A DNA stretch of 63,581 nt, filler included, from Candidatus Omnitrophota bacterium (lineage in GTDB: Bacteria; Omnitrophota; Gorgyraeia; JAGLLT01): NCBI GenBank assembly GCA_023140385.1. It is 4 parts of 4 records of this genome, joined end to end, with 100 filler letters (N's around TTAATTAATTAA, not from the genome) between each part and the next. Parts side by side here need not be neighbours in the genome. Positions count along the whole stretch, not along the records: positions 1 to 30,470 come from JAGLLT010000016.1; 3 more parts are not named here. The stretch is one strand, 5' to 3'. The notes beneath the pieces are model-generated. The model was not told the origin of the DNA, did not search any database, and saw only the letters and a program-made list of their open reading frames with translations. Below, in pieces: positions 9,772-18,244 of the stretch (its first letter is position 1; each line of letters begins with the position of its first letter). Made by a program: the position numbers and the translations under genes.

Positions 9772-11612
9772 ATCCGTCCCCCTTTTTTCTCACCTTGATT
9801 TTGCTGTCCGGATTTTTGACTTTAAGCGCGCCGGAGGTAAGAGCTGAGGATAGAGGTATTGAATTGGGAGAGATAGTCGTTACTCCCCATAAGATACCTC
9901 AGGAGGCGGGCCAATCAACCAGGTGTATCCAAATAATCGGTGAAGAGTTTATTAAGGAAGCGCCGGTTGATTCAGTGGAAGATCTATTGCGGTCTTGTCA
10001 GAGCGTGGATGTAAGAAGAAGGGGTACATTTGGCGTCCAGTCTGATATTAGTATAAGAGGCTCTACCTTTGAACAGGTGTTGATTCTTATTAACGGAGTT
10101 AAGGTTAATGACGCGCAAACTGGCCACCACAATATGGATTTACCGGTGAGTTTGAGTGATATAGAGAGGATTGAGGTAATAAGCGGGCCGGCCTCTTCAG
10201 CTTATGGGGCAAACGCCTTTTCGGGAGCCGTAAATATAATAACTAAAAAGCCGGATAAGGAACAAGTTATTCTTGATGTTTCGATAGGTGAGCATAGCCT
10301 TTCTAAGCAGTCAATATCGGCATCCTGCTCGCTGGGGGGTTTTAGTAACCGCCTTAGCCTTGAACGTAAAGAGTCATCAGGCTGGCGTCCTGATACTGAT
10401 TTTGAAATTACTACTCTTAGTTTTGAATCTACCGGCGCCAATGAGAATGGAAGCCTGGAGCTCTTTGCCGGCTATGCGGAAAAGGACTTTGGGGCGAGCA
10501 CCTTTTATTCTAATTTGTATCCTCATGAAGAAGAACATACCCGGACAACCTTTTTAACCCTCAAGGCTAAAAAGGAAAATGATTATTTTTTGATAAATCC
10601 TGCTCTTTATTACAGGCGCCACCGCGATAAGTTTATTCTGGATAGAAACAGGCCCTGGTGGTATACCAACATTCATACTACTTATAGCTATGGATTGGAT
10701 TTGCCGCTGAATTTTCACAGTGAATGGATGGATTTGCTAATAGGCTCAGAGATAAGCCGGTCAAAAATCCGTTCCAGCCGACTCGGTAATCATACAAGGA
10801 AACAGGCAGGCGTATATACACAGCTCAAACCCAATTTTGGTGAAAGGGTAATCTGTGATTTGAACGTGAGAGCGGACTATTACGAAGATTGGGACTGGGA
10901 GGTATCTCCGTCGGTTGGCATTGGATATCATTTGACCCCTTCTTTTAAGCTAAAGAGTTCTATCTCCCGCGGTTTCAGGATTCCAACCTTTACGGAATTA
11001 TATTATGACAGTCCGGCCAACGTCGGCAATGAAAATTTAGGCTGTGAGAAGGCAGTGTCGTATGAAGCCGGTTTTGATATAAAAAGGGACAACTTTACGG
11101 CAGGCGCGGCCGTGTTTAGAAGAGAAGCAGATGACCTTATAGATTGGAGCAGAAACAGTGAAAGCGAACCCTGGAGAGTGCGAAATGTCAGCAGTGTTGA
11201 TACGCAAGGCCTTGAGTTGAGAGGTAGTCTGATACGCGGCTGGTCTAATGAATTTTTTGGTATACCGAGCGTATCTTTGGGATATACTTATTTAAATTCC
11301 GACTGTGAATACGAAGGAGTAAACTTTATTAAGTACAGCTCTGACTATCTCAGGCATCAGTTTTTGCTGGAGACGGTTTTGGAGATGCCCTTTAACTTAA
11401 GGCAGGTAATCAGGCTGAATTATGAAGAAAGGGTTAACCAGCGCTGCTGTTTTTTGCTGGATACGAGGATATCCAAAAAAATCGAGAAAGATAAATTTGA
11501 GACGGAGATTTACCTCTCAGGTTCCAACCTTTTAAACACCTCCTATAATGAGACAGGGGCGGTGCCTATGCCGGGAAGGTGGCTGGAAGCCGGCGTGAAA
11601 GTCACCTTTTAA
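9768..11612 (+). CDS. TonB-dependent outer-membrane receptor
   Basis: Signal peptide, TonB-box-like EIVVT, plug motifs (SIRGS, LINGV, IERIEVISGPASSAYGANAFSGAVNIITK), C-terminal Phe. Confidence 0.92.
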   Translation: MNPSPFFLTLILLSGFLTLSAPEVRAEDRGIELGEIVVTPHKIPQEAGQSTRCIQIIGEEFIKEAPVDSVEDLLRSCQSVDVRRRGTFGVQSDISIRGSTFEQVLILINGVKVNDAQTGHHNMDLPVSLSDIERIEVISGPASSAYGANAFSGAVNIITKKPDKEQVILDVSIGEHSLSKQSISASCSLGGFSNRLSLERKESSGWRPDTDFEITTLSFESTGANENGSLELFAGYAEKDFGASTFYSNLYPHEEEHTRTTFLTLKAKKENDYFLINPALYYRRHRDKFILDRNRPWWYTNIHTTYSYGLDLPLNFHSEWMDLLIGSEISRSKIRSSRLGNHTRKQAGVYTQLKPNFGERVICDLNVRADYYEDWDWEVSPSVGIGYHLTPSFKLKSSISRGFRIPTFTELYYDSPANVGNENLGCEKAVSYEAGFDIKRDNFTAGAAVFRREADDLIDWSRNSESEPWRVRNVSSVDTQGLELRGSLIRGWSNEFFGIPSVSLGYTYLNSDCEYEGVNFIKYSSDYLRHQFLLETVLEMPFNLRQVIRLNYEERVNQRCCFLLDTRISKKIEKDKFETEIYLSGSNLLNTSYNETGAVPMPGRWLEAGVKVTF

Positions 11613-11652
11613 AAAAAGCTCTGACCCACCTAGTATTTTTTAAAAAAAATGC

Positions 11653-11681
11653 TTGACAAAATAATAGGTATATGTTAGGCT
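11653..11681 (+). promoter_or_regulatory. Sigma70-type promoter of the DUF3793-flavodoxin-pilin operon
   Basis: TTGACA (11653-11658), 17-nt spacer ending TGT, TAGGCT (11676-11681). Confidence 0.75.
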
Positions 11682-11690
11682 TGTCTAACA
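11673..11690. promoter_or_regulatory. Putative DtxR/MntR-family operator 1
   Basis: Palindrome TGTTAG-GCTTGT-CTAACA overlapping the -10; same TTAG-N6-CTAA geometry as SirR/MntR boxes. Confidence 0.78.
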
Positions 11691-11735
11691 AATAAAGGAT
11701 TGACTAAAATTGAGGGCTATTTTTTTTGTTTTGAA

Positions 11736-11753
11736 TGTTAGACGTATCTAATA
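11736..11753. promoter_or_regulatory. Putative DtxR/MntR-family operator 2
   Basis: TGTTAG-ACGTAT-CTAATA, 63 nt downstream of operator 1, in the 5' UTR. Confidence 0.68.
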
Positions 11754-11784
11754 TAGTTTTATTTGCCAAACAAAAGGAATAAAA

Positions 11785-12450
11785 ATGGTGCCGGTATTGG
11801 GATCTGTAGAAAAAGAGAAGCGGCAAGATTGTTTACTGAAATATCTTATGGTAAGACTTGCCGCAATTTTAATGAAACTTAAGCCTTCCTGTTTACTTTG
11901 TCTATGTAACTGCGAAAAATCAGGCGGTGGGGATTACTACGATTTATGGAAAGAGCAAAAAGTCGGCATAGCAAGAAAACTCAAAATTTCATTTAAGGAA
12001 CTGAAAAATACCTCTTGGGGAAAACAAGTGCTTTTTTATAATCCGGAAATTCTCTTTGATACAGTTACACAGCCGGAAAATTATATTTTTCTTAAAAAAT
12101 TTGGTTATTCATCCTGTAAAAACACAAAAGACTATTTAGATACGTTGAAGAAACGTTTTTGCGCCTTTGATAACAGCAATCCTCTCTTTCCTCATGAGAT
12201 AGGTATATTTTTAGGTTATCCCTTAAAAGACGTAAAAGGTTTTATAGAAAAGGGAAGTTTGCCTTTAACTGGAATGGGCCGCTGGCAGGTATTTGGTGAG
12301 CCGGAAGAGTCAAGACGGCTTATGCAAATGCGCGATAAAGCGGAAAAGGTATTCTTGAACCTTATAAAAAACGGAAGAAATCCCGCGTTACTTATAGAGC
12401 GCTTAAGCGTACATTTTAGAGAAATGAGTAATTTAATTACTGTTAATTAA
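11785..12450 (+). CDS. DUF3793 family protein
   Basis: LKPSCL, FPHEIGIFLGYPLKDVKGFI, GRWQVFG; next to a flavodoxin. Confidence 0.85.
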   Translation: MVPVLGSVEKEKRQDCLLKYLMVRLAAILMKLKPSCLLCLCNCEKSGGGDYYDLWKEQKVGIARKLKISFKELKNTSWGKQVLFYNPEILFDTVTQPENYIFLKKFGYSSCKNTKDYLDTLKKRFCAFDNSNPLFPHEIGIFLGYPLKDVKGFIEKGSLPLTGMGRWQVFGEPEESRRLMQMRDKAEKVFLNLIKNGRNPALLIERLSVHFREMSNLITVN

Positions 12451-12468
12451 GCATAAAAAGGGAAGAAA

Positions 12469-12906
12469 ATGACAAAAGCAATTATTGTTTATGGCAGTAC
12501 AACAGGAAACACCGAGACCTTATCTAAATCTGTAGGAGAAGGATTGAAGGATTTAGGAGTAGAGGTGTTGGTTAAGAACGCGGCGCAGGTAACTCCGGAA
12601 GAATTAAAAGATTATGACGGAATTATATTAGGTTGTTCGACCTGGGGAGACGGTGAATTGCAGGATGATTTTGTTTCATTTGAAGAAGAGATGGGAAAAA
12701 TAAGACTTGATGGAAAAAAAGCCGCCTGCTTTGGCCCCGGAGATAGTATGTATCCTCAATTTTGCAAAGCCATTGATATTTTAGAAGATAAATTGAAGGA
12801 ATGCGGAGCAGAAATCATTATGGATTCTTTAAAGATTGACGGAGACGTGGAGTCTGAACTTGAAAAGGTGAAAGATTGGGGGAAGGAAATAGCAGGGAAA
12901 CTGTAA
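12469..12906 (+). CDS. Short-chain flavodoxin
   Basis: YGSTTGNTE, GCSTWGDGELQ, FGPGDSMYPQFC. Confidence 0.95.
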   Translation: MTKAIIVYGSTTGNTETLSKSVGEGLKDLGVEVLVKNAAQVTPEELKDYDGIILGCSTWGDGELQDDFVSFEEEMGKIRLDGKKAACFGPGDSMYPQFCKAIDILEDKLKECGAEIIMDSLKIDGDVESELEKVKDWGKEIAGKL

Positions 12907-13103
12907 TGATAAAGAAAATTTCAACAAATAAAGAAGTTAAGGCTAAAATTTCAGAACTTTATGATGAGGTATTTAAACACGATGGCTATGGTGAGATTAA
13001 AGTAGATATTCGTATTTTGCGCCGTGGGCAGAAGGAAGTAATCATTCACTGCGGCAAACAGTACCGATTTGTAGTGGGTTTTAACGCAGAAGGCGGAAGA
13101 TAG
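12906..13103 (+). CDS. Small conserved-looking hypothetical protein (65 aa)
   Basis: ATG overlaps the flavodoxin stop (TAATG); sequence HDGYGEIKVDIRILRRGQKEVIIHCGKQYRFVV. Confidence 0.7.
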   Translation: MIKKISTNKEVKAKISELYDEVFKHDGYGEIKVDIRILRRGQKEVIIHCGKQYRFVVGFNAEGGR

Positions 13104-13282
13104 AAAACAGAAAATAAATTTTTCTATCTTTTAAAAAAAAGGAGGTGATGCGAAAAGAAGAAAATTTGAATCCTGTCAGTGTGATGCTGAAGGAATAACT
13201 TAAAATTTTTGGAAGTTAATAAATATACGCAAGAAGGACTTAGCGGGTAAGTATCTTGCGGTAATTAAGGGAGAAAAAAGAA

Positions 13283-14275
13283 ATGAATAAGCGTAGAAAA
13301 AAAGCGCAAGCGGGTTTTACCCTGCTGGAAATCCTGGTGGTACTTATGATTATGGGATTTCTTTTGGCAATGGTAGCGCCTAAGTTGTTAGGCGTCTTTC
13401 AGGATTCGGAGGATACCATTTGCGACACCAACATCAAGGATAGCAAAAAGTATGTCTCGCTCTTTGAGATACAGTATAGCAAACTGCCTGACAAGATGAT
13501 GGCGCCTGCTTATTTGGATACTGCCGGTGCCTGGTATGGCCCGACAGAGGAAAATGTGGCCGCGGATGGTAATGAGGTGTTTACAGCTGCCATTTTAGAG
13601 AGGCTTCGTTTAGCAAAGCATGTTTTGAATCAGAATGAAATTGACGAGATAGTAAACGATCTTGGAATTCGCGAGGTAGTAGTGTTGAATAACCCGGATG
13701 ATATTCAGGCGGTAGCTAAGAACGATATTTATGGCGCCGCGCTTCCTGCAACCGGTACAACCGAGGATTCACAATTTAAGCTAGTAACTCTTGGAAGTAT
13801 TGCTACTGCGACCCTGCCGATGATTGGCGGAGGTGACGCTGTTGGCGGCGGCGCAGGCTGGGCAAATAATACTGACTGGGATGCTGTAGGTGAGAATATC
13901 GCTGACCCGGAATGGGCCTACAGGCTTATTTTGGGAATTGGTCCTGACAGTGAGCTTATGCACAGGATTATTGCCGCCGAAGGTACCTGCCCAAGCTTTG
14001 AGCGGGTAGCTGCTGACGATACTATGTGGGGTTGGTATGTAGTAGTACTTCCCCGTTTGCAGGCAACCGTTGACAGCCTTACCGCTGTTCCCGGTACTGT
14101 GCTTGAGAATGTGACCTGCTGGGCAGATTCAGCTGATGTTACATCACAGAGAAAGACATTTGATTTAACCTCTGTGGATGAGGAGTACAAGAGAGCGTCC
14201 TTTGATATCTTCTGTCCGGAAGGCCACAGGTATCCTGAGGTAGTAGAGTTTTGGGGGATTGAGAGCATTAATTAA
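13283..14275 (+). CDS. Large acidic prepilin-type protein (candidate major pilin)
   Basis: Class III signal KKAQAG|FTLLEILVVL with Glu5; Asp/Glu-rich mature part ending CPEGH; followed by strong hairpins. Confidence 0.85.
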   Translation: MNKRRKKAQAGFTLLEILVVLMIMGFLLAMVAPKLLGVFQDSEDTICDTNIKDSKKYVSLFEIQYSKLPDKMMAPAYLDTAGAWYGPTEENVAADGNEVFTAAILERLRLAKHVLNQNEIDEIVNDLGIREVVVLNNPDDIQAVAKNDIYGAALPATGTTEDSQFKLVTLGSIATATLPMIGGGDAVGGGAGWANNTDWDAVGENIADPEWAYRLILGIGPDSELMHRIIAAEGTCPSFERVAADDTMWGWYVVVLPRLQATVDSLTAVPGTVLENVTCWADSADVTSQRKTFDLTSVDEEYKRASFDIFCPEGHRYPEVVEFWGIESIN

Positions 14276-14298
14276 TCATCCCAAGCTCCATTAGTAAA

Positions 14299-14365
14299 TT
14301 GAGAAGGGGGCAGGGGTATTTGCTCCCTTTTCAACTAAAATGCATCCCGATGAAATAATCGGGAT
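14299..14365 (+). terminator. Two stem-loops after the first pilin gene (partial terminator or mRNA stabiliser)
   Basis: TTGAGAAGGGGGCA...TGCTCCCTTTTCAA (14299-14334) and ATCCCGAT-GAAATA-ATCGGGAT (14344-14365). Confidence 0.6.
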
Positions 14366-14465
14366 TTCGCTCAGTAGTTAAATTATGGTGTTCAAAAATG
14401 AAAAATGAAGAGTTAAAAATTAATAGTAGTTATTTAAGCCTGCAGTTTGCAGATAGGAACGTGAG

Positions 14466-15509
14466 GTGCGAAACGTGAGACGTAAATTTTCAAGTTATAT
14501 CTTATGTTCTTGCACGCTTATGTTCTTATACCTTGTGCACTTGCCTGTGCCCACTTGTGCCCTTGAGGGTATTGGAGTATGCACTAATGCTCTTGCGAAT
14601 GAGCGCTCAATTGCCATAATTCAGATTTACAATCAAAAGGGTAAGGTGATTGGCAAGGAAGCAGGTGTTTTTATATCCGAAGACGAAGTGCTAACACATT
14701 ATTACGTATTTTCCGGTGTGGAAAGAGCGCTTTTGAAGTCAGAAGGCAAAGAATTTGAAATAAAGGGGATTTGCGGAAGGAATACAGAGAAGAAGTTACT
14801 AAAGATAAAAATTGGCGGAAATGGATTTAAAAAGGCGGATTTTGCCAAAGAGATAAGAGAAAACCAGGAAGTATTTATAAGACTGCCTGAAGGGGGGGCT
14901 CTAAAAGGGAAAATTGTTTCTATAAAAGATAGGATAAAAATAGAAACAGATTCTCAAATGCCAAAGATAAGAGGGTTGCCTGTTTTTAATAAAGATGGGC
15001 AGGTTTTGGGGATTATTGAGTTTTTCATTCGTGATAAGAATTATGTTTATGCTATCCCTGCTTTAGAGGGAATTTCTTTTGAAGACACAGGCCTTTTAAA
15101 TATAAAAGAATGGAAGGAAAAAAGAACTGCGGAATGGATGGAGAGTGATACAGGAAAAAGACAGATAATCGTTTATCTTATGGGAATAGGTGAATATGAA
15201 AAAGCAATTATAAAGTTAAAAGAGCTGATTAAAGAGCATCCTGAGGAAGAAGAAGTATATTTTAAACTCGGTGTTTGTTACGGAAAATCAGAAAGATGCA
15301 GAGAGGCGATAGAGGCCTATAAGAAATATAATTCGCTTTCACCTGATGATTTTAAAGCCCATTATAACCTTGGGATTTTATATATAAGTATGGCAGATAT
15401 AAAAACAGCAAAAAAGGAATATGAGTTTTTAAAGGGATTTAATTCAAAAGAAGCTATCGTGCTTTCAGAGCGTTTACTCAAATATATTGAGAAGGGAGAA
15501 AACCCGTGA
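14466..15509 (+). CDS. Exported protein with a degenerate trypsin-like domain and C-terminal TPRs
   Basis: GVFIS..VLTHYYV and GLPVFNKDGQVLGI echo trypsin-like motifs; TPR motifs YFKLGVCY and AHYNLGILY. Confidence 0.65.
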   Translation: MRNVRRKFSSYILCSCTLMFLYLVHLPVPTCALEGIGVCTNALANERSIAIIQIYNQKGKVIGKEAGVFISEDEVLTHYYVFSGVERALLKSEGKEFEIKGICGRNTEKKLLKIKIGGNGFKKADFAKEIRENQEVFIRLPEGGALKGKIVSIKDRIKIETDSQMPKIRGLPVFNKDGQVLGIIEFFIRDKNYVYAIPALEGISFEDTGLLNIKEWKEKRTAEWMESDTGKRQIIVYLMGIGEYEKAIIKLKELIKEHPEEEEVYFKLGVCYGKSERCREAIEAYKKYNSLSPDDFKAHYNLGILYISMADIKTAKKEYEFLKGFNSKEAIVLSERLLKYIEKGENP

Positions 15510-16402
15510 GTAAGAAAGGTTTTACCCTTCTTGAAGTTCTGGTAGTTCTTATGATTTTGGGGTTTTTGACAGCAATGGTTGCAGGCCACCTTTCCCGCAT
15601 TAAAGGAGAAGCGGCTATTGTTATAGCGCTTAATGAAATGAAGGACATTAAAGAGGCAATAAGAGACAGATTTTATCCGGACTTAGGCCTTATTCCTGAA
15701 GATTTAGGCCCGGATGGTTTTGCTGATCATTTAGGTCCGAATGGTATACCTGATGATGGAGATGAGATTTTTGATGCGAAACCCGAATTTTCTGTTAAGT
15801 TTCTTTGTCTTAAGGACGATGGTATTGCTGGTGATGAGTATAATGAGATGCTTGTTTTCTTGACAGAGTATGGAAAAGCCAGCTTAATAGACTGGGATAA
15901 ATATAGTTATAAGGGTTGGCGTGGGCCATATATGGAGCAGGAAGTAAGCCATGATTATGATGGTTTAGTAGGGGCGGGGACAGATTATTGGCCAATTATT
16001 GTTAATCCCTGGGCTGATTTATGGGAGGATAAAGCTCAGGAGGAGGAGAAGAAGCAGGAGGTTGGTTGGCGGGCACGTGCTGATGCTTTCCGAGAAAAGA
16101 AATGCTACCGCATCTTTGGCGGGCAGGATAAAAATTTAGTTCAGATTGTTTGTTATGGAGCTGATGGTGAAGCGGATTGTGACAAGGTTGTAGGAACGGA
16201 TGGGAATACGTATGTTTGTATTGAAATGCATACATCAGCAGCCGCAAATCACCCTGTAAGCGGTATAGATTGGGCTGATTTTTGGGCTTTGGACAATACA
16301 CAGACAGGAAATGTTTGGGCAGCAGGGATGGATTATGAAAGCTTTGCTGGTGATGACTTAGTAATGTTTATTTTTGGTACAGGGCCGATTAGGAGACCGT
16401 GA
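15506..16402 (+). CDS. Prepilin-type (GspG-like) protein
   Basis: MSKKG|FTLLEVLVVL; GWRGPY, NPW, CYGADG and terminal GDD resemble GspG C-terminal motifs. Confidence 0.85.
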   Translation: MSKKGFTLLEVLVVLMILGFLTAMVAGHLSRIKGEAAIVIALNEMKDIKEAIRDRFYPDLGLIPEDLGPDGFADHLGPNGIPDDGDEIFDAKPEFSVKFLCLKDDGIAGDEYNEMLVFLTEYGKASLIDWDKYSYKGWRGPYMEQEVSHDYDGLVGAGTDYWPIIVNPWADLWEDKAQEEEKKQEVGWRARADAFREKKCYRIFGGQDKNLVQIVCYGADGEADCDKVVGTDGNTYVCIEMHTSAAANHPVSGIDWADFWALDNTQTGNVWAAGMDYESFAGDDLVMFIFGTGPIRRP

Positions 16403-17301
16403 AAAAATTAAAAATGCAAAATTCAAAATGCAAAATTAAATTAACCAAACGAGGGTTTTCTCTCATTGAATTACTTGTGGTTTTGGCTATTATGGGGTTT
16501 TTTGTGGCTATGATGACACAGGTTTTTACCAAAGGTGATGATCAGCGGCGGTTTGATGAGACAAGGATAAGGATGGAGGAGATTAAAAAGGCAATTTTAG
16601 GCAGTGAAGGCGCCTATGCTCACGGTCAGCGGCAGTTTGCTGGATACGCGGCGGATATGGGGGGCTTGCCACTGCTTGATGATGCTTTAGATGATGGTGT
16701 TGCTACCAATCAGCCGGAGGGGCTTTGGATAGTTGACCTTGATCATGGCCCAAATCCGGATTTACCCACTTGGGGATATCAAGCAGTTTCAAGGATATGG
16801 ATGGGTTGGAGAGGGCCTTATATTGAAGAACCAACTTTGAGATCGGGTGAAGTTTTGGGACAGGAAAAATTAAGAGATGGCTGGGGAAACCCGTTTGTTT
16901 TTGATAATACAGCAAGCCCCGGTGATTTAATTGTAACAAGCCCCGGCGCGAATGGAGCAATAAATGCCATGGATACGGGATTTGATGAAGATATAATATT
17001 AACAATAAAACTAACTGAATATATGGCTCCTGTAGCAGGGAGAGTAGATGGAGGGGTAACAGATGTTGAAATCTATTATCCCATGTTCGATGGAATGGAT
17101 ACTGATGGTGATGGCTCGGATTTAACAGAAAGTTGGACAATCTCAGGTTTAAGTGATGGGGATTATTTTCGTTTTGAGAGCACAGTTCCTAACACAGATA
17201 TTCCAATTGGCGTAAGGAGTATTCAGGTCACAGGAGGATCTGGGGAGCTTTACATTTTTACAATAGAACCCACTGGAAATTGGATAGGAACACTCAATTG
17301 A
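16399..17301 (+). CDS. Prepilin-type (GspG-like) protein
   Basis: KRG|FSLIELLVVL; GWRGPY, DGWGNPF, SPGANG, DEDI. Confidence 0.85.
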   Translation: MKKLKMQNSKCKIKLTKRGFSLIELLVVLAIMGFFVAMMTQVFTKGDDQRRFDETRIRMEEIKKAILGSEGAYAHGQRQFAGYAADMGGLPLLDDALDDGVATNQPEGLWIVDLDHGPNPDLPTWGYQAVSRIWMGWRGPYIEEPTLRSGEVLGQEKLRDGWGNPFVFDNTASPGDLIVTSPGANGAINAMDTGFDEDIILTIKLTEYMAPVAGRVDGGVTDVEIYYPMFDGMDTDGDGSDLTESWTISGLSDGDYFRFESTVPNTDIPIGVRSIQVTGGSGELYIFTIEPTGNWIGTLN

Positions 17302-17319
17302 GAACTTGGAGCGTGAAGT

Positions 17320-18204
17320 ATGAAACGTGAAAAAGGTATTATTCTTTTAATGATGCTGGCGATGATTTCTTCGCTTGCGATTGTAATTATGATTTGTGCT
17401 TTTGTGTTAAGTCATGAAGTGAATAAAGATGAGAGGCATGATATTACCCGGCAAAGAATGTTGGAAGTAAAACGAGCCCTTATCGGCAGGTTGGCCGATG
17501 TTTCAGGTGGAGAGGATATTATTTCCTGTGATGGGTTTATAAGTGATTTTGGGGAGCCGATAGATACACCGGTTAATTTTATTGATAGGTTACTCAACGA
17601 ACAGGATCCGGCTGTCGGGCCGGATATTTGGGTGGATTGGCATTATGATTCACAGCCCTTACCTGAATTCTGGGCCGGCTATAGAGTTGCGGCACCTAAT
17701 GACGGCTGTTATTTAAAGGTTCCGCCTGCTCAACCAAATCCTACAAATGAATTTTTAGATGGTTGGGGATTTCCGATTGAAGTGGTATTTGTTGGAGGTG
17801 TTGGCGGTAATACGATAGATATTATCAGCCGTGGCAGTGATGGACAGCCCAACGCGGTAAACCCTGGAAGTTATGATGAAGACATTATAAATACGTTTTA
17901 CTGGAAGAGGCCTCAAGTGGATGTATCAGTAAAAAATACTGTTGCCGCGGGAGCAAATCTGAATGTAGAACTAATTTATCCCCAGCGGGGTAATGTTCAA
18001 TCGGAATTACAGAATTACAATTTTCTCGCAGGCGAAACTCATATATTTAGTTTTACCAATGGTGGAAATGGAATTCCGGTAGGTTTAAGAAAGGTTGTTA
18101 TTCGCGATGCTGGCGCGGGTAATGTGGTGAAAATAATTAGAATGCTCTGTCTCACTTCTGGCAGTGGAACGTATATAATGGAGCAAATAGAATATTCCGG
18201 GTAA
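17320..18204 (+). CDS. Minor pilin-like protein lacking Glu5 (PilX/GspK-type N-terminus)
   Basis: MKREKG|IILLMML; DGWGFP, SRGSDG and DEDI shared with the preceding paralog. Confidence 0.72.
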   Translation: MKREKGIILLMMLAMISSLAIVIMICAFVLSHEVNKDERHDITRQRMLEVKRALIGRLADVSGGEDIISCDGFISDFGEPIDTPVNFIDRLLNEQDPAVGPDIWVDWHYDSQPLPEFWAGYRVAAPNDGCYLKVPPAQPNPTNEFLDGWGFPIEVVFVGGVGGNTIDIISRGSDGQPNAVNPGSYDEDIINTFYWKRPQVDVSVKNTVAAGANLNVELIYPQRGNVQSELQNYNFLAGETHIFSFTNGGNGIPVGLRKVVIRDAGAGNVVKIIRMLCLTSGSGTYIMEQIEYSG

Positions 18205-18244
18205 AATATTACTTGTGGCTTGAAGCGTGTAGCGGAGTTAAATT

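Noticed and set aside
13136..13198. Perfect SD-like AAGGAGGTGAT followed by a 16-codon frame (MRKEENLNPVSVMLKE)
   Set aside because: The ATG overlaps the SD itself and no properly spaced start follows, so a leader peptide cannot be supported.
13283..18204. Electrically conductive (e-pilin) interpretation
   Set aside because: The pilins are long, unlike short Geobacter-type pilins, and I saw no CxxCH multiheme cytochromes nearby.
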